A stretch of 63,166 nucleotides of DNA, filler included, from Calcarisporiella thermophila CBS 279.70 (lineage: Eukaryota; Fungi; Calcarisporiellomycota): the NCBI RefSeq assembly GCF_041956535.1. It is 9 parts of 9 records of this genome, joined end to end, with 100 filler letters (N's around TTAATTAATTAA, not from the genome) between each part and the next. Parts side by side here need not be neighbours in the genome. Positions count along the whole stretch, not along the records: positions 1 to 26,418 come from NW_027192213.1; 8 more parts are not named here. One strand, written 5' to 3'. The translations under genes were made by a program, and so were the position numbers. Position 1 is the first letter of the stretch; every line of letters begins with the position of its first letter. Of this stretch, positions 1 to 14,315 are shown piece after piece. Under the pieces are notes generated by a model. The model was not told the origin of the DNA and ran no database searches. It worked only from the letters and a program-made list of their open reading frames with translations.

Positions 1-219
1 ATATGAGGACGGTGTGGGGTAATCCATAATTAGCACCTCTGACTCGTGTATGTTAAAGTAGAATGGAGTCACTTGCAAATTATTGGCCCAATTATTTGTA
101 GTCTAAAATATTTAGGCAGTTGAAAAAATTAGGCCAGAATATGATTTTTTTTCTCCTGCTTAACTGAATAACGAAGGATGAACAATATATTCCGAGTTTC
201 CGAGGGGTATGATGAGCAT

Positions 220-2000
220 TTATTTTTTCTTACGCTTGGCCGATTTAGTAACTGGCTTATTGACACTCTCCAATACTTCTCTCGAGAACACGGCTGACTT
301 CATCTGCTCGAGAGCTTCTGCGATTTGCTGCGCGAGCCACTTCTCTATGATTCCTTTGGTTTGGAGAGAACGAAGTTCTTCCAGTATTTGGAGTAACTCC
401 ATAAAGAGCTTGCGTCGCCTCGTGGTGTCGGGCAATGATGGACATATGCACTTACAACTCTCACAAATTAGCTGTGCCGTGGTAAAAGGATAGTCTTTGC
501 ACCAACGTTGAGTACGCACAGCGTATTTCAACGACTTGATACAATTTACTAGTCCCTGTTGAAAATAAAATTAGAAAAATAATGAGCACTATATAAATTG
601 AGTGTAAAGAAAGCAGGACGGATAAACGCTTGCCTTGGCGTACTCATCAATTGCTTTAGCCTTCAATTGTTTCATCAGATCTGTTTCTAATCTACCGGGT
701 GGGGCATCCGACTTGATAAATTGTCGCCACACCGCACACCAGTAGGTCCAGAAAACACAATCAACACCAGCAGGGCAATGTTTGAGCAAAACATCCTTGC
801 CACAAAATTGAACAAAGTCATTCTGCTCTCTCTGCAAAAATTCAACAATATCAACGAGTTGTTGGGCTACCTTGACATCGGGCAGGGTCCAATCAATATC
901 AGTGAGCCTCAATATTTTGTAGGAAAAGACGATTTCCGTCATAAAACGCAGCTACTTTGGTTGGTTTGATTCAGTGATCTGAGTTAGCAACGACAGAAAA
1001 TGGAGATCTATTACCAGCATAAACTTGTAGAGTTCGCTGTCGCCCTCGCCTACAGTAGGTTTGGGTGAATTATATATAGACTCTAAGCTTATTAGTATTG
1101 GCTTATTAAATCCGAATCTGTAATGCAATTCTCGTTTGCAAACACATGTCCTTTGAAGATAAAGGTGGTGTGTGAGCAGAGCTATTAGACTAGAAGTGAT
1201 TTAATTGTAGTCAAGTTTTCTCACCAAATTCTTCTTTGGAATTCAACTTGTACGAGATCTTTCTTGTTGGTATCGTCTTTATCCATTCGAAGAGTTAGAG
1301 CCATTAGCGCGGCTAGCGAGTAGAAATTATATGCATCCTCAAACCGAGCAAGCCAGCGCATACAACCCTCCATATTCAGAAAGGCTAGCACTATTTCAGA
1401 GGAAGGATTATCGAACACTTCTTCTAAAGAGCGCCTTGCTTGTGCAAGTAAACTCCCCATAGCTAAGTGAAGATCTCTTTTTACATATGTCTGTGGATGA
1501 GTCATCAGCAAATGGAGGGCTGAAAAAGCAATTGCAGTATGGACTAATGCTGGCTCTAGTTCATCGCGGTAATAGCTCTCGAGGAAACTCGCTCGTTTTG
1601 GATGCATCACATGAATAAAGCAATCGCTCACGTAGATGTGGAAGAGGTAGTCAGCGAGTGTCCGATTTATGTTGAAAGCTTTGGTTGCTAATTGGAATGT
1701 CTTATCTTCGATCGGTTTCGGTATATACCAAACTTTGAAATAGGTGCAGCGACGTGTTTGTGGTGCATTACCACCGAATATTGGTAATGTAAAATCAAAT
1801 TTTCGATTGTCTGCCGATTTTCCCTCAATGACAAATTGAGCACTAAGGAGTCGGTGCAGTTCGGTGAGAGTATTCAATCTGAGCTGGTAGCTCAATGAAT
1901 TTGTCATGACCGATCGAAGATCTTCGAGATCATATTCAGCCTGGTCGTTTTCCCCAAATGCGTTAGCTTCTTGGATATCTGAGTCAAAGGTAACATGCAT
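220..2000 (-). CDS. Array copy A: fungal TF MHR/Fungal_trans-like protein, 4 exons, no Zn2Cys6 domain seen
   Basis: ORFs 1221-2000, 589-942, 220-531 plus a short exon ~1013-1152; family motifs YQLRLN, ELEPALV, EFQRRIW, W..FIKSDAPPGRL; start codon uncertain. Confidence 0.75.
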
Positions 2001-2664
2001 TTCCTTGGTATAGAATACAATAGTGGAATGGCAAATAAGCTCAAGGAGACTGTTTCTAATTCTGATATATCAGGTATTGACAAATTCGGAAATAGTATGG
2101 CAGAGAGTTGGAAATTGACTTTAGGGTTCATTTAGGATGAATTCCGTCAAAAATATTTGTGTCCGAGATATAAACTAGTTCATTTTCTTGGTTCCCATCG
2201 ATGACATTATGTATATCACTACACTACCCCTGATACATATAAAGTGATGGACTCTTTTAGCGATAAATGAGCAACCACTTTTTTCGCTGTCATAAATGAT
2301 TTACGACTTAGTTTGGACGCATTAAACTCCTCTCTTGCAAATATAGCCATCCTCATCTCCTCCAATTCTTTGACCATTCAGCTCGTGGGCCTTTAATCAA
2401 TTTTCCTCCCTGTTTTCGTGTGACTTCAATACCTACACCTGCACTGACTCCTAGAAATCCTGCGTCTAATCCCGAGGTCAAAGTGTGGCTAGGCTGCGAA
2501 CATATTGTTTACGAGAGGTATTGGAGTGTTTGTAGAGGAGTAAATTTTGTACTAAGAAAAGAAGCAAGGGACATATCGGATGGTAAAATTGCAATTTATT
2601 GACTCTTAGATTATCTAAATACTTGAAATAAAGTGTGCAGGTGCAAGACAGGATGAGTGATTAA

Positions 2665-4502
2665 TTATGTTTCTGACGATTTTACTGCTATACGTCGTAA
2701 TTTGGGTATGTGCATGGCTCCCAGCTCTTCTGCAGAAAATACATCTGACCTTATCTGCTCGAGCACACTGATTATTTGGCATGCGATCCATTGCTCTAAT
2801 ACTCCCTTGTTTTCAAGCGACTTCAAAGCCTCCAACACCTGCACTAGCCTCTGGAAAATCTGGCGACGTATCTTGATATCAGAATGGATGCGGACTATTA
2901 GTTTGGTGTTTTCACAAACTGAGTGAATATTTAAAAGCGGATAATTATCACACCAGCACTGTGACCTAATCACGGCTTCGATTACTGCTATAGTTTTAAA
3001 TAACCCCTGGATAATCATGGCTAAACTTTAGAATCTCCTGTAAGGTCACAAAATAACTGTTTTGCTACCTTTATGAACTCTTCCAGAGCTTTCTCTCGCA
3101 TTTGCTGCATCAGGTCCGTTTCTAATCTTCCCGGGGGGGCGTCTGACTTAATGAACTGACGCCAAAGATTACACCAATCGGTCCAGAAATTGCAGTGGAG
3201 TTCAGACAGGTGGTAATTGTGCGCAATATTCTCACCACAGTATTTCAACGTTTCTTTGTGATCCCTTTGCAAAAATGCGGCAATACCAACGAGCTGCTGG
3301 ATGATGAGATCATCGGAAAGGGACCAGTCAATATCTCGAAACTCGAGAAGTTTGACGTTGAATTGGATTCCCGTCAGAATATACACCTATCGTGATATGA
3401 TAGAAATGAAGTCTCTTTTCAGCAATAACTTAGTGTACAACCCATTACCAGCGTCAATTTATATAGCACCCTATCGCTGTTCATTACTGTGGGTTTAGGA
3501 GATCGTATGACTAAATCCAAGCTGATCAACTCTGGTTTATCAAATCCAAATCTATAAAACATCTCACGATGGCACAATTTTGTCCTATATATATATAGAT
3601 GTCAAGATACAATGTCTACATCAAGTAGACCCCAAACAAGAGGTTTTTTGCTGTTCTAACCAGATTCTTCTTCGGAATTCTATCTCAAATGGGTCTCTCA
3701 TACTCGAATCATCCTTGTCCATCTGGAGTGTTAATGCCATGAGAGCAGCTTGCGAATAAAGCGTATATGCGTCCTCAAAACGAGCAAGCCACGTCATAGT
3801 GGAGTCCATATTAAGGTAGGCAATGACTATCTGAGGCGAGGGTGTATCGAATGCATCCTCCAACGACTGCTTCGCCTGTACAAGTAGACTCCCTATTGCG
3901 GAATGAAGCTGCTTCCTAATGGGAGTCTGTGGATGTGCCAGTAGCAAGTGGATAGCCGAAAGAGCAACTGCAGTGTGAACGAGTGCTGGCTCGAGCTCAT
4001 TGTGGTAATAACTCTCAAGAAAAGAAGCAGGATTTGGGTGTACATTGCGTGTAACGCAGCCGCTTGCATAGATGTGAAAGAGATAGTCTGTTAGTCTGCG
4101 TTTAACGGTGGTTGATTTCTTTGTCCAGCGAAATTCATTGTTTTCAAATGGCTCTGGCGAAGAGCGGATTTTAAAATAGGTGCAGCGACGAATTGGTTCA
4201 CTCTCATAAATATAGTTAGGTAACTGAAATTGGAAAGGTAGATCGAAGAGTGGTTTATTTTCAGTTATATACTGAGCGCTGAGGAGACGATATAGATCGG
4301 TTAGCGAGTTCAGTCTAAGCTGGAATCGTAAAGCATCTGCAGAAAAGAGACAGTCATATGAATTCGAATCTTCCTCATGAAATTCTTTTACAACATCAGG
4401 TGAGGATGCAACATAGGCGACAATAGAAGATACATCTTCTGGCTGGGAAGTTACTAAATGTGGATTGGCAGGTTCAATAAATGGCACCTCACTCTTGAAC
4501 AT
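2665..4502 (-). CDS. Array copy B: MHR-like protein, 4 exons
   Basis: ORFs 3621-4502, 3021-3386, 2665-3018; exon 2 (~3445-3585) reads TKLCHREMFYRFGFDKPELISLDLVIRSPKP, matching the MHR RRRIW..C..D/E....G.P pattern. Confidence 0.8.
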
Positions 4503-5110
4503 TATGATACATTAAAAAGAATTGTACAGAGTCTTGGCAGGTCAAAATTTGATGAAGAGATTTTTTAAGTTTGCTCACGATTAAAGCGTAGTTGTCTTTG
4601 CAGACATATTGACTAATCTAACTGGTGGGTAGATTTTCGCTTAGATTTAAATACACTATGCAAGTGTGTATGGTTCTCCTCCTAAATAAGAAGCGAGCTT
4701 TGTTAGAATAGCAAAACTGCCTCTACTCCAGTTTTAATGCAACACCGCTATAGTATATGAAGCCACTGTCGAGCTTTCTAAGGGCAGCATTCTCAATAAT
4801 CTTCCATGTGCACAGACTGAGATGCTCTCAGAGATTAAAATTACATGGAAATTGAATGGCAATATATTTCCTTGATCAAATCGACCATCATGTATATTTT
4901 TTATAAAAACAATTCTGCTGCAGCTGCTCAGACTTGTGCAATTATTTTCCAAGTGAAATTAGAGCGGTAGAATACCACCCAGAAAAAATATGCACTGATT
5001 CCATATGCGGACATAAGTAAGTTAACAGTTTGGTTGATCAAACTGAATATATAGTATCATCTCATTCCAATTGCTAAGAAAACTCGCAGTAATGGAAATA
5101 TCGATAAGAA

Positions 5111-5155
5111 CTAGCAATTACTAGGAAACTTTACTGCTATACGTGGTAATTTAGC
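5111..5155 (-). pseudogene. 3'-end remnant of an eighth array copy
   Basis: TTTACTGCTATACGTGGTAATTT differs by 1 nt from copy B 2681-2703; reads AKLPRIAVKFPSNC* versus PKLRRIAVKSSET*. Confidence 0.6.
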
Positions 5156-6928
5156 CTGGTATTTGGATGTGGAAAGAATTATTCAAAGCCCAATATTATA
5201 TCTCCCCCATATTTCATAGCTTACGGTAAATTTTAATTTGGCCTCGAATATATTTTTTAATATTTTTAGATATTATGCGAAGCATGATTTAATGGATAAA
5301 GGGTTTATTGTATCAACTGGTTTCATTTTCCATTGTTTCTTGCTCCAAGGAAATCGTATATTTCGCATGATACTTTATTGGCTCGGTATTCAACACTATT
5401 AACGTTTGCTATAAATTTAGAGAAATAGAACACAAGTATTATAAACAATTTGAGATGTTGTGTTGCACGATATCAAGCATGAAAAAATATGAAAGTTAGT
5501 TTCCTGTACAGAGCATGATGCAAAATGAAGCAACGTTAAAGGTATAGTGGTGAGTATGTATTATGTAAATCATAAAAAGTCGTAATCAGTTACAAGAAGA
5601 ATATATAGCATTCGAATTTTAATTCGCTAGTATTTGATCTTCTGGAGTAGTAGTCGCTGAGCTTGCTTTTCTGTTTCTAAAAACTCTAGCACTTCAGATG
5701 CTGTGGGACGTATTTTAGGGTCATCACTGAGCATGCGCTTTCCAATTTCACCTAGGAAAATTAAATTCTGTATAATGGAGAACACATGGTATATGGAAAA
5801 GAAAAATACTCACCGAGTTTCGAAAGTAGATTTAATTCTTGAAGAGTTCTGCCTGCACTGTATATATCAGCTGGAAATCCATGGGGCTCGTGTCGTTCAA
5901 CCTCGGGTGCAATAAAAGTCTCAGTTCCAGCACCACTTTGTGTTTGCCTATCTTGGATTTCCTCAGCAAGATCGAAATCAAGTAAAACCCAGCTACCGAA
6001 GAAGATAAATAGATCGATAAGGGTAAAATGATTGTGTTGAAAAAACTGTTAAATTATCGCTTTTGCTTCTCACTATATCCGATATTGTTTGGTTTGATAT
6101 CATGATGAATAATACCGCGGGTGTGTAGGGAATTCAATGCAAAAAACAAATCTTTCATAAAGCCTTCTACAGTAAGCTTGGACAAAGACAATAAATAAAA
6201 GAAAAAGAGTAGGAAAAAGAGTAAAAATAATAGTCAATACTTTGAAAAGATCTCTGCCGTAAACTTCTACTTTATCTAAGATCATGCCGTAACAACCATT
6301 AAGCAATAAAGTATCGTAAAGCCGCACAATATTTGGCGGGTCCTAAAAAGCATGTCAGTGTAGCGGTGCGAAGGGCTAAAACAAAAAGCAATAAATACCT
6401 GGAGTTTTTGAAGTAAAGAAATTTCATGCCCTTTTCCAAGCCTAACTACAAATGCGAATGACTGCTCTCTATGAACTACATGGAACACGCGTGTATGATC
6501 ACTCTATTGTGAAATATGTATTTGATTATTAAGATCAATTTTTATGTAACCACAGGATAAGAAAAAGCTAAATCTTACCTTGTGTATAGTACCGATATAA
6601 TGGTAACCACATTTTTGTAAAAGAGGTAACATAGACATAGATATATCAGTTATAGATTAGCGATCACTTCCGCTGCCATAATTTTCTGATCCTTGTTTCC
6701 TTTTACCACCTATTGTGTCTTTTCCTTTCTTTGAGGGAGTAAATTTCGAGCCTCCAGGACGCGATTCCAACTGCATTTGAGGAGGAGGATATCGATCTTT
6801 ACCGAAAAATATGAGTTAGATCATAAAGTATCCGGTAAAACAATTGAATACCCATTGTTATCGGGCCTCGTTTACCGGCAAGTTTTTGGACTGTGAGCAT
6901 TGTTTCTCTGATACACCCAAGAATGAAG

Positions 6929-7380
6929 CTACTGATTGAAAATATGATCTAGGTTGAGCGAGGTTATCAAATTGACTTCTAGCTCTCCTTTAAGCAATTG
7001 CTCAAAGAGACAGAAGTTGAAGTGTGAACCATTTATTCCCTGGCGCTCTCCTATTGGTTTCATCTCAAATTCATACCCGCCATTCGTGGAGAGCAGAAGA
7101 CCATATGCTCTGAGTTCAATAGCACCATCGGGGACTCTCGTTGCCATTTTCTCTAGTGAATGACGCAGCAACTTTAACAAAATTTTCTCTTCATATATTC
7201 CAAAAGCCCAGCAATTTGTTAGACATGCTTTTGTTGAGCTTCTTAAAAACGCTTCTATTTGTCAACTCATTAGGAACTCACTTCATGCAGTGCTCTTTCT
7301 GTAATACACTCTTCATCTAATTTGCTGAATGCTTGGGAGTCCGGCATTTGGCTAAACGGGAACGAGTCGAAGATGTCATT
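6929..7380 (-). pseudogene. Fragment of an unknown protein with a possible PD-(D/E)xK nuclease-like motif
   Basis: ORF 6929-7180 has RVPDGAIE...GGYEFEMK; flanking coding-like sequence is interrupted by stops. Confidence 0.3.
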
Positions 7381-7443
7381 CATACTTCTTATTTATGTCT
7401 TCTGTTAGTCATAAAAATGGCAGGTGCATCTGTATGAAGATAA

Positions 7444-9279
7444 TTACATATTATTTGGCCTTATTGCTATACGCCTAAGTTTAGGCGGACGTATAGCCTT
7501 CAATTCCTCTCTAGAATATACAACTGATTGCACATCCTCAAGTGTATTGATTATTTGGCTTATAGACCATTGCTCTATGACTCCCTTGTTGTCGAGTGAC
7601 TTCAATAACTCCAACACTTGCACTAACTCACGGAAAGCCTTACGCCTAATATTGATGTCAGGATGGACGTGTATTATAAACTTGGAGTTCTCACAAATTT
7701 TATGTACGCTACTAAAAGGATAATTATAGCACCAGCTCTGTGACCTAATTACTCCCTTAATTAAGGTTATAGAATTGGACAATCCCTGGAACATTACACT
7801 TGAGGATTAGAATCTACGTTGAGCGCATGAGAAAATTGCGTTGTTACCTTTAAGAACTCTTCAAGAGCCTTTTCTCGCATTTGCTTCATCAAATTCGTCT
7901 CTAATCTACCTGGAGGAGCATCTGACTTGATGAATTGACGCCAAAGATTGCACCAATCACTCCAGAAATTACAGCGGAGCCCAGAGAGGTGAAATTTTCG
8001 GAGAATATTCTCACCGCAGTACTGTAACGTCTCGACATGATCACTTTGCAAAAATGCAGCAATATTGACCAGCTGTTGGATGATGAGATCATCGGGAAGT
8101 GACCAGTCTATATCTCGTAGTTCAAGGAGTTTAACATTTAGCTGGATCGATAGCATAAAGAAAAGCTTCCATAATTTGTCACTGGGTTAGTAACAATTAG
8201 TAACAGCAACCTTTGAAATAATTTACCAGAGTTAATTTATAAAAGTCTGCGTCGTCTAATGTTACTGTTGGCTTTGGAGATCGGATGATTATATCCAGGC
8301 TAATCAGCTCTGGTTTACCATATCCAAATCTATAATCCAATTCACAGTAGCAAATATAAGCCCTAGATATATAATATAAACCTGTTAATTGATGCAATCA
8401 ATTAGGTACCAAAAATTATATGTATTAATTTTCTAACCATATCCTTCTTCGAATTTCAATTTCTACCGGATCCCTCACATTTGGGTTATCCCTATCCATC
8501 TGGAGCGCAACTGCCATGAGTACGGCTTTGGAATGAAATCGATAGGCCTCCTCAAAGCGCGATAGCCATGTCATACAAGAATTGAAATTAATAAAAGTAG
8601 CGACTATCTGAAGTGAGGGCGTGTCAAATGCATCCTCTAACGATTGTTTCGCCTTGGAGAGTAAACACCCTGCTGCAGATTGAAGCTGCTTTTTTAAAGA
8701 TGACAGCGGATGTGCCAATAGCAAATGAATAGCAGCGAGAGCAATTGCACTGTGGACAAATGCTGGTTCAAGTTCATTGTTGTAGTAACTCTCGAGAAAG
8801 CACGCGGGATTTGGTATTAACTTGTCTGTAACACAGCCACTTATGTAGGTGTGAAAGAGATAGTCTGTAAGTCTTTGATCGTTGATGGTAGGTCTCTTTG
8901 TCCAAATGATATCCTTATATTCAATCGGTTTTGGAATTTGGCCCACCCTAAAGTAGGTGCAGCGTCGGATAGGCCTGTTACTACCTATATAGTCTGGTAC
9001 CTGTAAGTTGAAAGAGAGATTGGGTAATGATTTTCCTTCAATTACAAATTGAGCACTAAGAAGACGATGCAGATCAGTGAGCGAGTTTAGTCTAAGCTGA
9101 AAGCGTATTGCATCTGGTGTAAAGAAGATGCTGTATGGATCAGTGTCTTCATCACTATCATCAATAATAGCATCAAGTGCGGGTGTGACACAGAAGATGC
9201 CTTGAGATTCATCCGAATACTGGGACGCCACCAAGCCCAGACCGGCATGGTCATGAAGAGAGATCTCTCCTTCACTCAT
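7444..9279 (-). CDS. Array copy C: MHR-like protein, 4 exons
   Basis: ORFs 8425-9279, 8197-8397, 7794-8156, 7444-7794; same motifs and intron positions as B. Confidence 0.8.
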
Positions 9280-9526
9280 TTGAGTATATTAAACAGAAAC
9301 CGAAGAGGTCTTGGCAATTGCCGGTGGAAATGTTAAAGAGTGGCTGAGAAATCCAATTGAAAAATTCAACTTCAGCAAGATAATTAGCAGGATGTCGCTC
9401 AGATTTATTTTCAATTAAGACTTCTACTATAACGAATATCTTGAGTTAACCGGTTTTATCTGCTACAAAATTATAGTAGTGCTGCTGAAGCGACTTTGTT
9501 ACTAAATCAGAAACATCTGTAAATAG

Positions 9527-11388
9527 CTAACTTACTTTATTCGGTTTTATAGCTATTCGTCTTAATATGGGCAAACCCACTTTCTCTAATTCCTCTTTAG
9601 TAAATACAGCTGGCTTTAGCTCCTCTAACGTACTAACTATTTGACACGCAAGCCATTGCTCGATGATGGCCTTGTTTGCAAATAATCTCAACAACTCTAG
9701 CATCTGCACTAACTCCCGGAAAATCTGGCGTCGTATCTTGAAATCATGATGATTATGTACTATGAATTTGGCGTATTCGCATATTGAAAGTACGCTTAAA
9801 AATGGGTAATTTTTGCACCAGCTTTGTGATCTAATAATACTCTTGATTGATACAATAGAATTAGATAGCCCCTATTAAACCATGCTCATAAGTCAGAATC
9901 TGTGCTGAGCACAAGTGAAAGTTGCGTTGTTACCTTTAAGAACTCTTCAAGAGCCTTTACTCGCATTTGCCTCATCAAATCCGTTTCTAATCTACCCGGA
10001 GGGGCGTCTGACTCGATGAATTGGCGCCAAAGGTTGCACCAATCACTCCAGAAGCTGCAGTGGGTTTCAGACAATTCGTATTCGTCTTTTCCACCACAAT
10101 ATTGTAATGTCTCGCTGTGATCACTTTGCAAAAATGCAACAATACTAGCAAGTTGCTGGATGATGTGAACATCGGGTAATGACCAGTCAATATTTCGCAA
10201 CTCTAGAAGTTTGCAGTAGAAGTGTATCCTCAACATAAAGGAAACCTACAATTATAGATTGGAGAATAAGCTACTTCAATTAGTGTTATACCCTGCTATT
10301 AGGTACCAGCTTTAATTTATATGACTCGGTGTAGTTTGCAGTTGCCGTTGGTTTCGGAGATTGGAGGATTATATCTAGGCTGATAAGCATCGGCTTATCG
10401 AATCCAAATCTAAACAGCATTTCGCGCTGGCATACTAATGCCCTATTTATGAATTGAATCCATTAATATCTGTGTCAAATAGAAACTAAGCACTCTGGAT
10501 ATTGCAGCACTTACCAGATTCTTCTTCGAAATTCTAACTCAATAGGATCCCCCGCAACTGGATCATCTCTGTCCATCTGGAGTGCAAGAGCCATGAGGGC
10601 ACCTTGCGAATAATATCGATATGCATCCTCAAAGCGCAAAAGCAATGCCATACAATGATTCATATTGAGAAAGGCTGCGACTATCTGAGGAGTGGGTATA
10701 TCAAATACATCTTCCAACGACTTCTGTGCTTGAATAAGAATGCTTTCAATCGTAAAATGGAGCCGCTTCTTCATATGCGACTGTGGATGTGCTAATAATA
10801 AGTGAAGAGCTGAGTAAGTAATAGCCGTATAGACAAATGCAGACTCAAGTTGAGAGTTGTAATAAAGCTCCAGAAGTGAAGCAGGATTTGGATATAAATT
10901 GCCGTTAGCACAACCATTCGCATAGGTATGAAAGAGGTAATCTGTAAGTTTACGTTTGATAATGATGGATTTCTTCGTCCAACTAATCACATCATTTTCT
11001 ATCGGTTTTTGTGAAGAGTGGATTTTAAAGTAGGTGCATTGCTGAGTTGGTCCTCTGTAATCGCCATTATTTGGTAACTGGATGTGAGAAGATTGATAGG
11101 GCAACTTTTTGCCTTCTAAAATAAGGCAAAAAGTTGCCCTTCTAAAATAAACTGAGCGCTGAGAAGACGATATAGATCGGCAAGCGAGCTTAATCTGAGT
11201 TGGAATCGTAGATCATTCGCAGTAATGAGGAAGTCATTAAGATTACTGACTTCTCCATTGTGTTTAGTTTTCTCATTTACAAAATCGTCTAATTCAATGC
11301 ATAGGGCATTAGGGGAATTATCAAAAATTAAAGACATCACTGAATGCAGACTAGCAAGCCCTAGAATTGTTAATTCTCCTTCACACAT
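9527..11388 (-). pseudogene. Array copy D: MHR-like gene frameshifted in exon 1
   Basis: ORFs 11116-11388 and 10511-11104 are split by a 26-nt insertion (11125-11150); downstream ORFs 9886-10236 and ~9527-9873 are open. Confidence 0.75.
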
Positions 11389-12087
11389 GCTCAGGAAATA
11401 TCTCTTTTTCTTGCACCATAATATGTATTAAAATGAAACAGTTAAAAATTAACAGCAAAAGTTTTGAAAATTTATGAATGATTACTATTTTTGGCTGAGT
11501 AATAAAAATTTGGTAATGAGGATATGGCATAATATGAAACTATCTTAGTATCTGCATAATCATCATAAATACATTCATTACCAACTTGAAAATTCCAAAC
11601 TAGCCGCCTGTGCTACATCTTTATTGATTTACTACTTAAGGCGCAAGAAGCAGTGAGTTGCCCTCAAAATTTCTGACCATAAAACTATCCCCTATACTAT
11701 TTTTTTTTTTTTGAAAAGTTAAATAGTGAAACATGAAAAAAAACTATATTATCAAACACGATGGATGAGGTATCAGACAGAAAAATTTCTTCTCGAGCAT
11801 TTGTACAACTACGAGTCGTGCCTGTCGAAATTTCATTGAAGGAAATATATATATTGGAAAGATAAACTACATTTACGCTTTAGTTTTCCATATCTTGGTA
11901 TTTTCTGACGAATAGTCACCTTTTTGTAATTTCGTCTTAATCTATGAGTAAAAGATGAAAAAAGAGCATAAAGCTATTTGATACGGCTCCTGGAAATATA
12001 ACATACTAATACAGATATCATCAAAGAATATACATTGGGTTTATTCCACCATTTGAGCATTAACCTTTGGTAGGAGTATCTAAGCAT

Positions 12088-13947
12088 CTAATTATCCTTA
12101 TTTGGCTTCATCATTAGTCGTCTCAACTTGGGTTGGCGCATGGTCACTAGTTCATTTTCAGAAAACACAGCAGGCTTCATCTCTTCTAGTGTATTGACTA
12201 TTTGACCTACGAGCCAATTTTCTACTATTCCTTTGTTTTCTAACAACCTAAACAAATCCTGCAACTGTGCTAGCTCCTGGAAAACCCTGCGTCTGATTCT
12301 GATATCAGGATGGATGTGAGCTATGAATTTGCCGTTTTCGCAAATCATATGCATACTTAAAAAGGGGTAATTATTGCACCAGTTCTGAGTTTTAATAACC
12401 CCCACGATGAATGATATTGAATTTAAGTAGCCCTATACATTTATAGCAGGGTTTAGGCAGTGTTCATTATATAAGACGTGAATGAATTTTCAATGTCACC
12501 TTCACCAACTCTACAAGAGCTTTCTCTCGCATTTGCCGCATTAATTCTGTATTTAATCTACCCGAAGGTGCATCTGACTTGATGAATTGTCGCCAAAGTC
12601 TACACCAATTAGACCAGAATCCACAATGTAATTCCGATAAATGATAATTAGACCTGACATTTTCTTCACAGAATTGTGCAAACTCTTGGTAATTATTTTG
12701 CAAAAACGCAGCGATACTAACAAGCTGTTGAATGATGACAACATCCGGTAGAGACCAGTCAATATCTTGGAGTTCTAATAGATTAAAAACATAATCGATC
12801 TGCTTCATAAAATACATCTATTATAATTTAATACAGAGTATTGTAATTGTTAAATTAGAATGGTAAAATTGAATGTCATTTTCTTCGGTACCAAGTCTAG
12901 CTTGTATTTCTCGCTATCGTACACAGTAACTGTAGGTTTCGGTGAGCTTCTGATGGTTTCCAATCTTATGAGTTGAGGTGAACCTTTTTTGAATCTGTAT
13001 ACAATTTCTCGTTGGCAAACCAATGCCCTATGTGTAAGATATAGTCAGTTTATAATTGCGTCAGACGAGGGTAAAAAGTAAAAAATATGCGTCTTTAACC
13101 ATATTCTCTTGCGTAATTCCATTTCGACGGGGTCTCCCACACTTGGATCTTCCTTGTCCATTCCGAGTGCAAGTGCCATCATTGCAGCTTGCGAATAATA
13201 AACGTATGCCTTATCTAATCGAACAAGCCAGGTCATACAATCCTCCATATTCATAAAAGCTAGTACTGCCTGAGGAGAAGGTGCATCGAATATATCTTCC
13301 AATGATAGCTTTGCTTGTATCAATAAGTTTTCAGCTACCAGATAGAGCTGCTTCTTTATGGGTATTTCCGCATGTGATGCCAACAAGTGAATTGCTGAGA
13401 ATGCAATAGCAGTCTGAACGAGCGCTGGCTCGAGCTCATTGCGATAATAACTTTCGAGAAATGCTGCAGGATTAGGGTGCATAAATTGACTAAAACAATC
13501 GCTCACATAGACGTGGAAGAGGTAATCTCTGAATTTACGTTTTATTGCATCAGCCCTCCTACTGCATCTAATATCTTCATCATCAATTGGATCTGGAAAA
13601 GAAGCGATTCTAAAATAAGAGCAGCGACGAATACATCCATTGTCATCACCATATCTAGGTAGTTGGAAGTGAATGGGAAAGTTGGGTATTGATTTGCCTT
13701 CTAGGATAAATTGTGCATCAAGAAGTCGATGTAGATCGGTGAGAGAATTCAATTTAAGCTGGATACTCAAATTTTCCGCACTTGAGAGGAAATTATAAAA
13801 ATATTTGACTTTCTCATCCTGATCTTTTACTATACTTCCACTTTCATCTGCCGTAAGTGATAAGTATGTATCGGATGCTCCATAGAAGTATTGGGACGCA
13901 AATGAGTGGTCACCGTGTTCTAGAAACGGCTCTTCGATTCTGTCCAT
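12088..13947 (-). CDS. Array copy E: MHR-like protein, 4 exons
   Basis: ORFs 13045-13947, 12467-12817, 12088-12405; conserved family motifs. Confidence 0.8.
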
Positions 13948-14315
13948 ATTAAAACATTGCAGACAAATTGCTTTCCAATGCTATTCATATAGAGGAAGTC
14001 TAAAATGACAGCAACATCCGTCTAACTTTAGGACATACCTTTTATAGAAAATGCTATGACTCTATCACTCTAATCCACAACCACCATAATTATGCAGCCA
14101 AGGCGGATCGCTTCAGAATTCTGAAGCGATAAGTGCGTTAACATTCTTTTTCCCCCTTTCCTCCTACATATTATATAGCTTCTATATTCTATTGTGTAAA
14201 ATATATAACATATTTGTCATTTAAAAAATATAAGCAATGCATTAAAAAAAAAGATAAAGTCTAACTACTTTAATGCAATTTATTTTAATCCTGCTTTTAC
14301 ATTCTTTTTCTAGAC

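Noticed and set aside
1904-2131. 75-aa ORF as the true N-terminus of array copy A
   Set aside because: Different frame and no clear similarity to paralog N-termini; cannot tell a frameshift from a chance ORF.
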